DNA of 62,909 bases, counting the filler, from Octopus bimaculoides (taxonomy: Eukaryota), in NCBI RefSeq assembly GCF_001194135.2. It is 5 parts of 5 records of this genome, joined end to end, with 100 filler letters (N's around TTAATTAATTAA, not from the genome) between each part and the next. Parts side by side here need not be neighbours in the genome. Positions count along the whole stretch, not along the records: positions 1 to 28,502 come from NC_068988.1; 4 more parts are not named here. The stretch is one strand, 5' to 3'. This document shows, one piece after another, positions 1 through 12,069 of this stretch. The position numbers and the translations under genes are program-made. Below the pieces are notes generated by a model that searched no databases, was not told the origin of the DNA, and was given only the letters and a program-made list of their open reading frames with translations. How positions within the stretch are numbered: position 1 is the stretch's first letter; every line of letters begins with the position of its first letter.

Positions 1-215
1 ACAAATTAAAAGGGTAAAGGATTATCAATTTAGTAATTAATAAATCAATTAATAATTAATAATTTTTACCAAGCCCATCGGTATGAAAGCACCATTATTG
101 GTGGAGAACTTATTCAAAAGCTCATATATATTTATAAATATAATTAAGGGATCAACAAATATTTGCTTCACCATATACCGAAGTTCAAAAATAGCAGCTG
201 AAAAAGCTGAGAATC
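1..215 (+). repeat. Fragment of an interspersed repeat family, second copy at ~42575-42745
   Basis: Shares collinear blocks with 42590-42745: AATTAATAATTAAT..TTTTACCAAG, ACCATTAT(T/C)GGT, AGGG.TCA(A/G)CAAATATT(T)GCTTCACCA.A.ACCGAA and AAATAGCAGC. Family unknown. Confidence 0.6.
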
Positions 216-3200
216 TATCTGTATATATATATATATATATATATAGATAGATAGATATAAATATAGATAGACAAATCTCACGGGATTGCTTTTATTTCAT
301 TTCATTTTCGGAGAGGTATCTTAAAAAAGCGAGTTCACAGAATAATTATTCAGAATTGTAAATAACTAAAGCTGCGATTTAAATCTATATTGCTAATAAA
401 ACGAAAAGCAACGTTGGCCAATTGGATTTAAAATATATGATTACTATTGTCTTACAACCTTACTTTTTACTTTAGTAACGATTTTTGTTTTCTCCTTATA
501 TTATTTCATCGGGTAGGCTACAAATCAAAATGCCTAAATTTCATTTATAAATCAGCATATACGTTAATATTTTGTGTTGCTAATAATGTGCCAGGCGCTC
601 AGTCGTACAATTAGATATTTATGCATGAAGCATAGCTGTCAAATTATTTTAAGATGAAAGGTTATATGTAATTACACCAGATTATTATGCCTTTGAATTC
701 CTAGACCTTCCTTCTAGCTTCATTGTTTATCAGCAGAATGTTCAGATCTATTAATGACGTGGGCGGGGCTTAAGCGCATAGAACAGTCTCCGTGTGTAGC
801 AATATACATTGTTTTCCTCTCGTCCGATTCTGCATATGCAGAATGATGAATCCCAAATGCTTGCACAACGAGTGTTGTCAATCGTGTGAATGGAAACCTG
901 GAAACCTGAACAAATTTGTATGTGATACATTGTACATGATGAATGCACCATTCGCGGCATGATATCACTTAAAGTTGTTGCTATGTTTATTTTAGTTTCA
1001 ATTAAAGTGAGTGCATGAAGGAATTGACGTTGCATCGGTTTTAAAGGTTTTCAGTTGGTCATTCAGAGGATTTGTCTGTTCACTATATTTTATATTGCAT
1101 AAGTATTAACAATTTATACACACTTCTACTTTCTATTTAATCTATGGAGTAAATCAACGTGCTACTATGACGAGTCTGCTCAGTTATATTCATAAGATTT
1201 CGATTGCTAAAATGCTATCATATATAATACTTGCTCAATATTCTGCCATAAAGATTAAATCTGAAACCTCGAGGGTGAACAGCTTTACTTCGTTATGACT
1301 CATTAGAGTAGTGGATACCTACTTCAATTGATGAGCAATGTTTTGTTTACACCTGAGATTATATTCTCTATAATATAGTTTCTGACAGAATGCACGTGAA
1401 ATAAATCCACTCATCTCTTTTTGTAGACCATCTCCTTCAAATGTGATTCCAGGTTTGTCTGTTTCTCTAATATTTGCTTTCGCTCTGATATGACTGGTAA
1501 CGCAGTTTTGCTTTTCGAAAAGGATTTAACAGAAACAATATAGAACGTTACATATTCAGTAGAGAGTTCGTGGTTTACGTCATAAATGACCAAAATATAA
1601 TGATAGAGAAATAGGCATGACAATGTAATGGTAGCGATGTTGCATCTGTGACTAAGCTTATTCAGCTGATTCCCATGCTCTATCATCTCTATAATTGAAT
1701 AATTTGCATATGTTTTTATGGTTGAATGAATATGTTTTGGGGTGAAAGACAGGGAAAGAGACGAAAATTAGGTAGGGTGAGACGAACAGAAAAAGTATTA
1801 GAAAGAAAATGAAATACGATCGAAAGTGATAGCATGAACGAAAAATACAGAGTTAAAATGAAGGACAGGACGAAAGAGCGAAGGTCGTAAAAAGAGATAG
1901 TGAATGCTATTGAGTGAAAAAATAAAAAAAGAAAGACGAAGAAAGAAAAACTGAAAGCAAAAATGTAAAATAAATGAAAATAAATCAATCGCTGCAATAT
2001 TTGTCATAAATATGTGCCATAATCATTGTGGGTAAAGACCAAAGATGAAGAAATATCATTAAACAGAAATCTCTAACCTTATCAGTAATATCCACTGCGA
2101 TTTAATTTCTTCAACATACTCCCAAAATATAGCGGAGGAAATACGCTAAGAATTAAGAAGCAAAGACTTTTGAAAAGGAATGAAACATAGAACCCACAAG
2201 AACTGATGGGATATTGTTATTGTTATACACTTTGTAAAAATGGCCGGAAGTGCTGGTGCACCGATGCAAGGAGGTGTAGAAACATTCTTGGCTTTAAGAG
2301 CATGTTTATCGAGAAAATGCGTTCGACCTCATGGCCTGTAAAAACTGAACTGTTATTAAACATATCAGCAATGATGCTCAACACTTCTGAAATTATTCAT
2401 ACGGATTCAGTTTAATATAGGAAGAATTTTAATATTGAAAACTATGAACAAACATAATGGGCCTTTGGTTGTAAAATATATAACTGAAAAAATAATATTG
2501 TATCCATAAATATAAAAGAAATAATCATTAGAATAGCGTTTCCCATTGAAACAATGAGAACGGGGGCATGTCAGAAGTAGAAGCTTTTTTTAAAAATTAA
2601 ATAGAAATATACAGAGTTGTTGTGATCTCTACGAGTAACGAAAATTCTTTTATCCATTCACAGAAAAATATAGTCTAAGAGGTCTTTAAGATAATAGTTA
2701 CTGATTAGTAAATTTAAAATAATAACTTTTGAAAACTTAGTAAGTTTGACTTGGTGAGGCTTCGTTTTTTGTCTTTATATGTATATCCGTCCCAATTAGC
2801 TCGAACGCGTCATTATTTTGCAATAAAGACGGGCTCCAGAAGGAGGATATTCAAATACAAATTAAATATGTAGTCCTCAAGACTAGGACACGATTTTCCT
2901 TTTAACCACGCTTCTTTCTTAGCATTTAGATAACTTTTAGACAATGGAGAGTTTACCCTGCCTCGATTACGAACAGCTCTACGTTTTCTCTAATATTTAT
3001 TAGAACGCATGCCTTGAATTATCATCATCTTATCACTCTGTAATGAATACCACGTAGGTATGACAAGAAACGATGTTTTATTTTAGGTTTATCATCCTTA
3101 TTAAAATACCTCGTCATTTGAACGTAGATCGAGGTATGAAAAAAATTCCCTTCGAAAGTTTCAAATGGACAGACAGAAAATTAGTCATCATTAGATGCGA

Positions 3201-5295
3201 ATGAGATAACGAATTATTCTGCAGTCCTAAAAGGAAACACTAAAGCAATATTTCAGATTTCACATGCATGGATTCATATATGATTTAATAGCGTAAAATG
3301 CGTAAAAATATTTGACGCATGAATACTGTTAGAACTTCATGAAATCTCAGTACATGATAACTAGACAAAATATGTTTCAGTTCCCCTTGTTGCATATTGA
3401 CATGTTTGAGTGCATGTTAGATTTGTTTCATCTACGTAAAATTTTAACGTAAACGGGTGTCATATTTAATAATCTCTTAGTGTTTGAAAATTCTGCAACA
3501 TTCAACATTGTCATTATCACAAAAAATAATTTAAAGCTAGGTGTATGCAATGGAGATGGAGTATATGTATCAATGGAAACCTAAATGAATTAGTTTGACA
3601 TGCATATCGACCTTTGCGGTGTAGCATATATATTGAAATTCTGCTTTCGCCTCTACTTTATTTTTTATTATTCATATCATATTATTATAACTCTATGGCA
3701 CCACTGATGGTTGCACTTAAATATGAGGTGATGGGTTATTTAATATCAGTATTATATTTGACATATTAATGCTTGCATCTCAGTTAAATTTAGAATTACT
3801 CATTCACAGCACAAGTATATAGCATAACTGCAAAGATAATTACATGTTTAAATCAATTCAAAATATATTTCTCAATAAATTTGGGATCAACGCAGATGTA
3901 TAATCTTTCCTATACGTTTGTATGACTATATATATCTATATAGCAAAGAAGCGATTTTAGCAATATAACGTATTATTATTTAGAACATGACCAGTTTCAA
4001 TTTGTTAACGTTATTCTTCAGTATTTTGGTAAAAATTCTCCAAATTGCTACTTGAAAAACTGAGTACGAAAAGAATAATCTCCAAAAGTAAAGAAACATT
4101 CAGAAATATTTTGAATGAAATAACATGGGTGAATTGATGATACAAGTAATGAGACTATTTTACAAATATACGTGCATTGCTCTTTTATTAACTGTGCCTT
4201 TCCTATTTCTCTCTCTCCATATCTATGTCTGCCTGTATATCTTTCTGTTCGTCTGTCTAACACTCTCTCTCTCACTCTCTTTCACACACACTTTCTCAGT
4301 TTCTCTATCACTCTTCCTCTTTCTGTCTGTAGGTCTATCTGTCTGTGTCTGACTATCTCTTTGTCTCTGACTGTGTGAATGTCTCTGTCTGTCTCTTGCC
4401 GTCTTTCTCTCTCTCTTTCTCACTTTCTCTAGGAGATTCATAAAAGAGTAATGCATAAGCAATTTTTATGGTATTTGTGGGATGTGAAAAGTAAATTTAA
4501 TAAATAAAATGCAAAAAGCAAAATGAACTAATATATTTGCTAAAACAGAAAGTTGAAATAACAGTCATCTATCAAGTTTGGGTGAATAAGCTAATGTATG
4601 AAAAATACAAATGGGCCCAGAATTCTGAGAATGGGGAATGTACGAAAAAAGGAAGTGTAAAATCCTGAAGCATATATTTGAATATGTGTAAATAAAATGA
4701 CATAAGTTATTGCAAATGACAGCATGTGAGAAAATATTAGGTTACAGAAATTGAGTCATATGTTTAAAAATATATACATAATATATATATATATTGTGAA
4801 GTGACAGAAAAACATAAAGTGCGTTAATGAATTCAGTGCAAATGTAATTCTCTCTTCATATATGTGCGCTTGTGTGTCTATGTGTGTGTTGTATGTGTGT
4901 GCGTGTTCGTGTGTATAGGTATATATACATATTATTACTTAATTTTGAAGCTTCGCTGTTGACGACAGTAATTGACTTTGGTCAGAAAAGTTTGGCAGAC
5001 AAATCAACATACAGGTTATGCCCATCTGTCAGCGAAATCACAGGACAATTCCCAGCCTGTAAGGTACATTGCTGCAGTTAGTAATCTACTACATAGCACT
5101 ATGATTGTTTCTTAATTAACTATTCTTGGATAAGTTATTCAACACACGTAGAAAGGCAAAAGCACTTCTCATCCCCTTATACCATCGGCAACTTATCTAA
5201 TTTCTTCGTACTATATACGCGTGGTAATATTTTTTACAAATATGTGTGTATATGTATGTGCGTGCGTGTATATACATGTATATATATGTGAATTC

Positions 5296-5332
<37 letters not shown>

Positions 5333-5565
5333 TTTATATNNNNNNNNNNNNNNNNNNNNNNNNNNNNNNNNNNNNNNNNNNNNNNNNNNNNNNNNNNNNN
5401 NNNNNNNNNNNNNNNNNNNNNNNNNNNNNNNNNNNNNNNNNNNNNNNNNNNNNTATATATATGCATATATATGCATATATGCATGTATATATATGCTTAT
5501 ATTTACGTATATACACACATGTACACACACACATTTATCTATCTAGCTAGATTCCTCTGTAAATA

Positions 5566-5598
<33 letters not shown>

Positions 5599-5910
5599 AT
5601 GATACGGATATCATACGGATATGTATGTGTAGGAAGTTGGTAACATTGAAAGAATAAGTGTCAGTTATAGACAACAGTGTAAGATGAGAAAAAATAACAA
5701 TCAATGACGTCGGAGTTAACACAGTTTCTCCCATATAGAAGTTGCGAGGAAATTCGATATAGCTCAGTTAGCAGCCTCAGGAACTACAAATGCCTATAAA
5801 AAAGCAATTAAGAGATATTGAGATTGAAACGTGCATTTGTGTATCATACTTAACATATAGACAAAATCGTAACTTCTTCTATATTTAAAAGATGAGGAAT
5901 TATGTACATT

Positions 5911-5975
5911 ATGGGGTAGTCATTAAGAGCGCGGGCTACTGATCCCAAGATTCTAAGTTCGATTCCAAGCATGGA
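5911..5975 (+). mobile_element. Degenerate tRNA-derived (SINE-type) head
   Basis: A-box-like TGGGGTAGTC and B-box GTTCGATTCC (5957-5966) at tRNA-like spacing. No complete cloverleaf. Confidence 0.45.
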
Positions 5976-5985
5976 CCAGGTTTCG

Positions 5986-6530
5986 GACCTACAAACAATG
6001 GAAGCTATGTCAACACTATGGAATAACAACAGAAAAAAGATGGTATAAGCACACGCCAGAAAATGTCACACAAAACGAGAAAGTAACCATACTCTGGGAT
6101 ATGCCAATACACACAGATAGAGAATTTAAGGCCAATAGGCCAGATATAGTTGTCAGAGATCATGAAGAAAGGAAATGCTTTCTAATTGATTTATCAATAC
6201 CAGATGATAACGTTTCTCTAAAAGAAATGGAGAAAGTTTCAAAAATACAAAGACCTGGAAATAGAGGTAACTCGAATATAGAATCTAAAAACAGAAACAA
6301 TTCCTATCATAATAGCCCCATTAGGTATGATCAAAAAAACATTCAGACATAACAAAAACACCAGAACTTACTGCACTACTGGGCACAGCACACATTCTAT
6401 GCAAAACACTTTCAATACAGTAACCATAAGAGCATCACAGCAAACCACAGCACATACCCAAGGCACACAGAGCTGCACTCGGTAGTAAAGTGAAAGCACG
6501 CTATAAAAATAAAACTACTGAATAATAATA
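5986..6530 (+). mobile_element. 5'-truncated R4/Dong-like RLE non-LTR retrotransposon, copy A
   Basis: Translates to WKLCQHYG..WYKHTPE..ILWDMPIHTDREFKANRPDIVVRD..CFLIDLSIP..NVSLKEMEK, the PD-(D/E)xK restriction-like endonuclease region. It has frameshifts, then a 3' UTR ending in (AAT)n. Confidence 0.85.
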
Positions 6531-6568
6531 ATGATACTACTGCTACTAATAATAATAATAATGACGAA

Positions 6569-6652
<84 letters not shown>
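6531..6652. repeat. (AAT)n microsatellite between two Dong-like copies
   Basis: Directly visible. Confidence 0.95.
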
Positions 6653-6656
<4 letters not shown>

Positions 6657-7410
6657 GGTATAAACACACGCCAGAAAAGGTCACAGAAAACGAGAAAGCA
6701 ACCATNNNNNNNNNNNNNNNNNNNNNNNNNNNNNNNNNNNNNNNNNNNNNNNNNNNNNNNNNNNNNNNNNNNNNNNNNNNNNNNNNNNNNNNNNNNNNNN
6801 NNNNNNNNNNNNNNNNNNNNNNNNNNNNNNNNNNNNNNNNNNNNNNNNNNNNNNNNNNNNNNNNNNNNNNNNNNNNNNNNNNNNNNNNNNNNNNNNNNNN
6901 NNNNNNNNNNNNNNNNNNNNNNNNNNNNNNNNNNNNNNNNNNNNNNNNNNNNNNNNNNNNNNNNNNNNNNNNNNNNNNNNNNNNNNNNNNNNNNNNNNNN
7001 NNNNNNNNNNNNNNNNNNNNNNNNNNNNNNNNNNNNNNNNNNNNNNNNNNNNNNNNNNNNNNNNNNNNNNNNNNNNNNNNNNNNNNNNNNNNNNNNNNNN
7101 NNNNNNNNNNNNNNNNNNNNNNNNNNNNNNNNNNNNNNNNNNNNNNNNNNNNNCTTAGGTATAATAAAAAAATATTCAGACAAATACATAACAAAAACAC
7201 CAGAACTTACAAATATATATAACATACAGAAAATTGCACTACTGGGTACTGCACACATTCTACGCAAAACACTTTCAATACAGTAAACATAAGAACACCA
7301 CAACAAACCACAGCACATGCCCAAGGCGCACAGAGCTGCGCTCGGTAGTGAAGTGAAAGCACGTTATAAAAATAAAACTACTGAACAATAATAATAATAA
7401 TAATAATAAT
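6653..7410 (+). mobile_element. R4/Dong-like copy B, interrupted by gap 6707-7153
   Basis: Starts ATGGTATAAACACACGCCAGAAAAGG and resumes LGIIKKYSDKYITKTPELTNIYNIQKIALLGTAHILRKTLSIQ*. Same 3' UTR as copy A, with an (AAT)n tail. Confidence 0.85.
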
Positions 7411-7458
7411 AGCGAAAAATGCCTTACTAATGAGAACCCAGGTTCGAAATTTCCCCAA

Positions 7459-7504
7459 GACACCTGACGAAGGCTGGAGGGTATAACCGCCGAGACGTTG
7501 TGTT
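7459..7504 (+). ncRNA. Minimal type I hammerhead ribozyme-like motif with an A14G core change
   Basis: GACAC-CTGACGA-A-GGCTG(GAGGGTATAA)CCGCC-GAGA-C-GT-T-GTGTT. Stem I GACAC/GTGTT pairs fully, stem II pairs at 4 of 5 positions, and stem III is a loopless ACGT palindrome. Confidence 0.6.
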
Positions 7505-8165
7505 AACAACAAAGAAGATGTGGACAAATATCCCTCAAATGTAAATAATATAAATAATACTACCGTAACTTCTTTTATTTGGATGGAAGCAATCAACTTC
7601 AGTTCAAATCAAATGAAAATATTCGACTGGCTCTGATGCAAGCCGCTGCGCGGACAACTTTTAATTTTCCTCATATTACTGTTGTTCATTTCATACAAAT
7701 GTCTGTATAAGTGGTGTCCTCTCAGGACAAATACTACAGTAACTGGCCTATAATCTGCGTGTATATATAGAGTATGATAATTAGATGTTTATCATATATA
7801 CAGTATTTCTCCATTGTGTTGTTGACAAATATGATCGAAGAAATATATTCATCCAAATTAATTCTAGACTTGTGTCAGGCATCCAATATTTAGATTGCAT
7901 TCACAATACCGCTTCTTTAATTATATCTAATCTGAAACTGGGACAGCAACGAAAATAGAGATTGATTGCACTTATATCAATTTTGGAGTATAAATCATGA
8001 ACTGCTGTCACATTTCTTTTACGATACTTTATATAAAATAACGGTCACAGTTCTAAACATTGAGTCAATTAATTTCTTCAAATTATCTGCAAATGAAGAC
8101 TGTATGAATATGTATATCTATTAATACACGCACACACGCATCAGCACACACATCATATACACAAA

Positions 8166-8450
8166 CATTTGAGAGACATGCAAGACATGGATGCGAAGGT
8201 CTTCAAGACAAAACTTGACGCTTTCCTCTCCACGATACCAGACGAACCAATGGCTCGTAATGAGACGCAGTTTAGGGCAGCTGTGTCAAATTCTCTTATA
8301 CACCAAATGTGCCATCAAAACTCTTGATTGGACCATGTCAGGTGGGGGAGAAGAGCCATGCAAGGAACGTGAAAATCACGGTGGTGCACTAGCATGACCG
8401 CAGCCACTTGGCTGAAACACATAAATAAATAAATAAATAAATAAATAAAT
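8166..8450 (+). mobile_element. 3' end of a CR1/L2-group LINE
   Basis: HLRDMQDMDAKVFKTKLDAFLSTIPDEP..RAAVSNSLIHQ* (8166-8328) resembles LINE RT C-termini of the FK.KLD.FL..IPDEP type. Followed by a 3' UTR and an (AAAT)n tail. Confidence 0.65.
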
Positions 8451-8517
8451 AGATAAATATATATATATATATATNNNNNNNNNNTGTAAAAATATGAGAC
8501 ACCTTTTCGGTAACCAT

Positions 8518-8577
8518 GATAAACTCCGAGTTTCGAATGCCGGAGTGGGAACCCACGCCGCCAACTCTTCAGTCGTC
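8518..8577 (-). ncRNA. Hammerhead-like core with a long stem II
   Basis: Minus strand reads CTGAAGA-GTTGGCGGCGTGGGTTCCCACTCCGGCATTC-GAAAC-TCGGA-GT-T. The core is intact and stem II is an imperfect ~14-bp hairpin, but stem I pairing is poor. Confidence 0.45.
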
Positions 8578-10605
8578 TAGCCAGATATCAATTTGATTTC
8601 TGCTGAATTTACTATATAGATATGAACCTTTTCGTCATTTCATCAACCATATCAATTATTGCTTTCTTTGGACAATATATTAGAATATATACTTCAGTTT
8701 CCAGTATTTCAGAATGTAGAGAAATCAACCGTTAGATATTTAAAAGCGTTCATTAGAAAATTTAGCTGTTGTCATATTTTACATTTATCCATTTGATAGA
8801 GCAGTTTTATACATGATTAAGTTATTTACAACATACCTAAATTGTGTCGCATATAACGGGAGTTATCTCTCCTATCTTGAAGTAAATTCCGTAGTAACAC
8901 TAAAACAAGCTAAATTCCATCCTCTTAATAAATACACTATTATTTTATTAAACAATCACATATGGCAATGCTGTGAACTTGTTTATATGCTAGCAAATGA
9001 CGTGAATGATGTTTTCAAAACGTTTCTTGCTCATTAAACCTTCGGAATAATATGTACAAGAATTAAGTTTTTGAGACTAAAACTCCTCTAAACTACTTAT
9101 TTTAGATGTTCTCGAACCTAAAATATAACCTAGCACCCATTAGTGAATTCAACGTGTGGTTACCCACCGAATAGCTAACATTTGTTTTGCCTTTTGTGTC
9201 ACTGTTGATATTATTTCAAACTGGTACGATTAAGCATAATGTACACCATGGTAGACTACGAAGTCAAGTCCAAAGGGAAATAGTTGAATAGTGTAAAGAA
9301 TAACGTAATGCAATTTATAAAATGTGGCCACTTGTTATTGTTCCAAATAGTAGGTTCAAAATTATGAAAGAAAGTTAATGAACAGTGAAATAAGAGTTTG
9401 ACGGGTAAGTTTCAACCGCTAGTGAATAGAATTGTAATTCTATACACTCACACATATAGAATCATCTATAATATTGATTCAGAAAGTTGTCTCTTTATAA
9501 TTGTTTACCTTGAAATTGAATGAATAGAACAATTTAACACGGCATTAAGTTTAACTTTATAAATTCAGACTCTGGAAAAATAGATTGTGATAACGTAAAA
9601 TGATCTTTTGTTAGCTATAATATTGACAAATATCCAGTATTTAATACAGTATGAAAGTGTAATATGTCCCCTTCACAGAAATGGAGAGGTGTTTGAAAAC
9701 TCAGTGAAATGTTGATAAATCACATGAGAATTACATTTACAATTTATACGAGTGTTATCTGAAAAACCAAGCAATATAAATGATCTTTTATCTTTTATGT
9801 ATCGCAGATGAGGCGAAATCTAAGGCAATTCGAAAAGTATTTCTACATCATCTTATATTTCCTGAAACAAGAGTGTGTAAAATAATTACGAATAGAATAA
9901 AAGGAATACATGGCCAATGTCTTTGCATCTGAAGTGGTTCAAGAAACATTTCGAATAAAGAAATTGCTATGAATATATTCTCGACTGAATAAAGGATTAT
10001 TTCATTGAGCTTCTTTTGCAACGTAACGGTGATATTCTTATACAAGTGATTTATAAGCGTTGTGCGCAAGAAGACCGTATAATGTAGTGGCTTTCGTACG
10101 ACAATAACTTAAATGGTGTATTTGTTCTGAATATTATTCATATGCGTTTTGATATTTTGATTTAAGACTGACACAAAATGCATTTAAAGCAATCCTTTCC
10201 TTTATAAAATCAAAAGCTATTTCGGCAAGATGTAATATCCGAGAATTATGGAAGGTGTGTGCATCATATAGAAGTAATGAGAAATTATTAGTTTCAGAAT
10301 TTTGACGAATAGTTCAGTTTTCATAATATGCTGGTGAGAGATACTATTTCATACTGGGCAATTTAAGCTTAACAGGATTTGCAAGTAAGTTCAAGGAAAC
10401 TCTGTGGTGAAATAGCTAAAGGATTCGGTGTTAATGTTTTCGCTTGGTTAAGAAACTCTCCTGAAAATCCCGTGGCAAATCCAGTTCAATTTCACGTTAC
10501 AGGAACACGTACAAATGTATTTACAATGATCTTCATTCCATAAGTGTATTCTCCTTTTAGTTTATTAGTAGGAAAATACACACACATGTACAAACACAAC
10601 ACACA

Positions 10606-10646
<41 letters not shown>

Positions 10647-10784
10647 TATATATATATATATATGTGACATATACATGCATGCAGACACATGTCATCGTGT
10701 GCCGGACAAAACGTATTTACATTCCTAAAATAGATATACAGAGAGGTTAGCGAATACAAATTTATCTTTGTATATATATATAAT

Positions 10785-11149
10785 GCAAATAAGAAAATGG
10801 AGATGATAATCAATCGACAAACATCAGTCTGTAAGCATTCCTTTATAATTATTTATTAATTGATTTCAATCATATGCATAAGTGATCAGGATAAGCAAAT
10901 AAACAAGTAAATAAATAGATAAATAAAATTAAGAAATGAACAAGATTAAAGGAGTGAAAAAAATACTAGTATTATTTCACTCATTTATTCTTATTCATCT
11001 CTTTATTTTATTTATCAATTTATTTACTTGTTTATCTGCTTATCTTGATCACTTATAGATATGACTGTAATCAATTAATAAATAGATATAAATGAATGCT
11101 TACAGACTGATATTTATCGATCGATCATCCTCTCCATTCTCTTATTTGC
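10785..11149. repeat. ~365-bp spacerless imperfect palindrome (fold-back/MITE-like)
   Basis: Arms match in reverse complement, e.g. CATCAGTCTGTAAGCATTC with GAATGCTTACAGACTGAT, and ATAAGTGATCAGGATAAGCA with TGCTTATCTTGATCACTTAT. Centre is TACTAGTA at 10964-10971. Confidence 0.85.
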
Positions 11150-11525
11150 CTTATGAATTCTGGGTTAAGTTTCTGTTTTATTCCTACTCATATCTAGTAT
11201 TGAATTGCGTTTTGCCCTGCAATAATAAGCACCTGGATATAAATACGTAGGTATACATACATTAGTATATTTCATATTTATTATCCCTTAGAGGATTGCT
11301 TAACTCCCTTAAATAGTTGCTTAACACATAGAGACATATATATATATATATATATTATTTTGTTTAAAAGAGTTCCGACACTGTCTGTTTTTTTATGTTT
11401 TATTTATATTCCTGCAGAACCAATGTGGAGTATAGAATATGGAATATACAATATATAATATAAAATAAAATAAAAAATAAAAATGGATGGCACCATGAAA
11501 GAAAGTATTGAATGTAGATGAAATG

Positions 11526-11575
11526 TATTATTTACATTTGAGGGATATTTGTCCACATCTTTATAGTGTTCACTA
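11526..11575 (-). repeat. Partial copy of the repeat downstream of the 7459-7504 hammerhead motif
   Basis: The reverse complement contains AAGATGTGGACAAATATCCCTCAAATGTAAATAATA, identical to ~7515-7550. Confidence 0.8.
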
Positions 11576-11609
11576 TAAAGGATCAAATATATAAATATAA
11601 ATATATAAA

Positions 11610-11649
11610 GGCGACTCGAGTTTCAGAGCTATTTCCTTTCGTCATGGCC
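11610..11649 (-). ncRNA. Degenerate minimal hammerhead-like motif
   Basis: Minus strand reads GGC-C(A)TGACGA-A-AGG(AAATAGC)TCT-GAAAC-TCGA-GTC-GCC. It has a palindromic stem III (ACTCGAGT), a GUC triplet, a 3-bp stem I and a one-base insertion in the CUGA box. Confidence 0.4.
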
Positions 11650-12069
11650 GGTATGACAGACTTTAACAAAAACTGTTCGTAGCACAGGGAAATACGTACA
11701 TTGTGCTATTATATATATGTGTGTGTGTATGCGTGTGTGTGTGTGGGGGGGGTGTTTGTGTGTGTACATATGAAACTAACGGTCTAAGCAATTCTCTAGA
11801 TATCCTGCAGAAATTCTTACTTGAAGTACATAAAATGTTTCATTAGAGATGATCTAGATATGTTTGAGCACTTACCAAAAACAGCTAATGATCAGATGCT
11901 ATTAATCTTTATATCAACATCCGCTATTACTATGGAATAGATGCAATAATATTTTGACTGGAAGAGTACTCCCAAGGACTTCCGGAACGCATAAATCAGG
12001 TTTATATTATTGAAATTTTAAATTTATACTTCATAAAAATCATTTCAAATAGTCATGTCGAAAGTTATT

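Noticed and set aside
3090-3390. Faint resemblance to Polinton-type DNA polymerase motifs (SSLLKYL..M..IPFESFKW..HDN*TKYV)
   Set aside because: Motif spacing is wrong and the catalytic residues are absent, so it is indistinguishable from chance without an HMM search.
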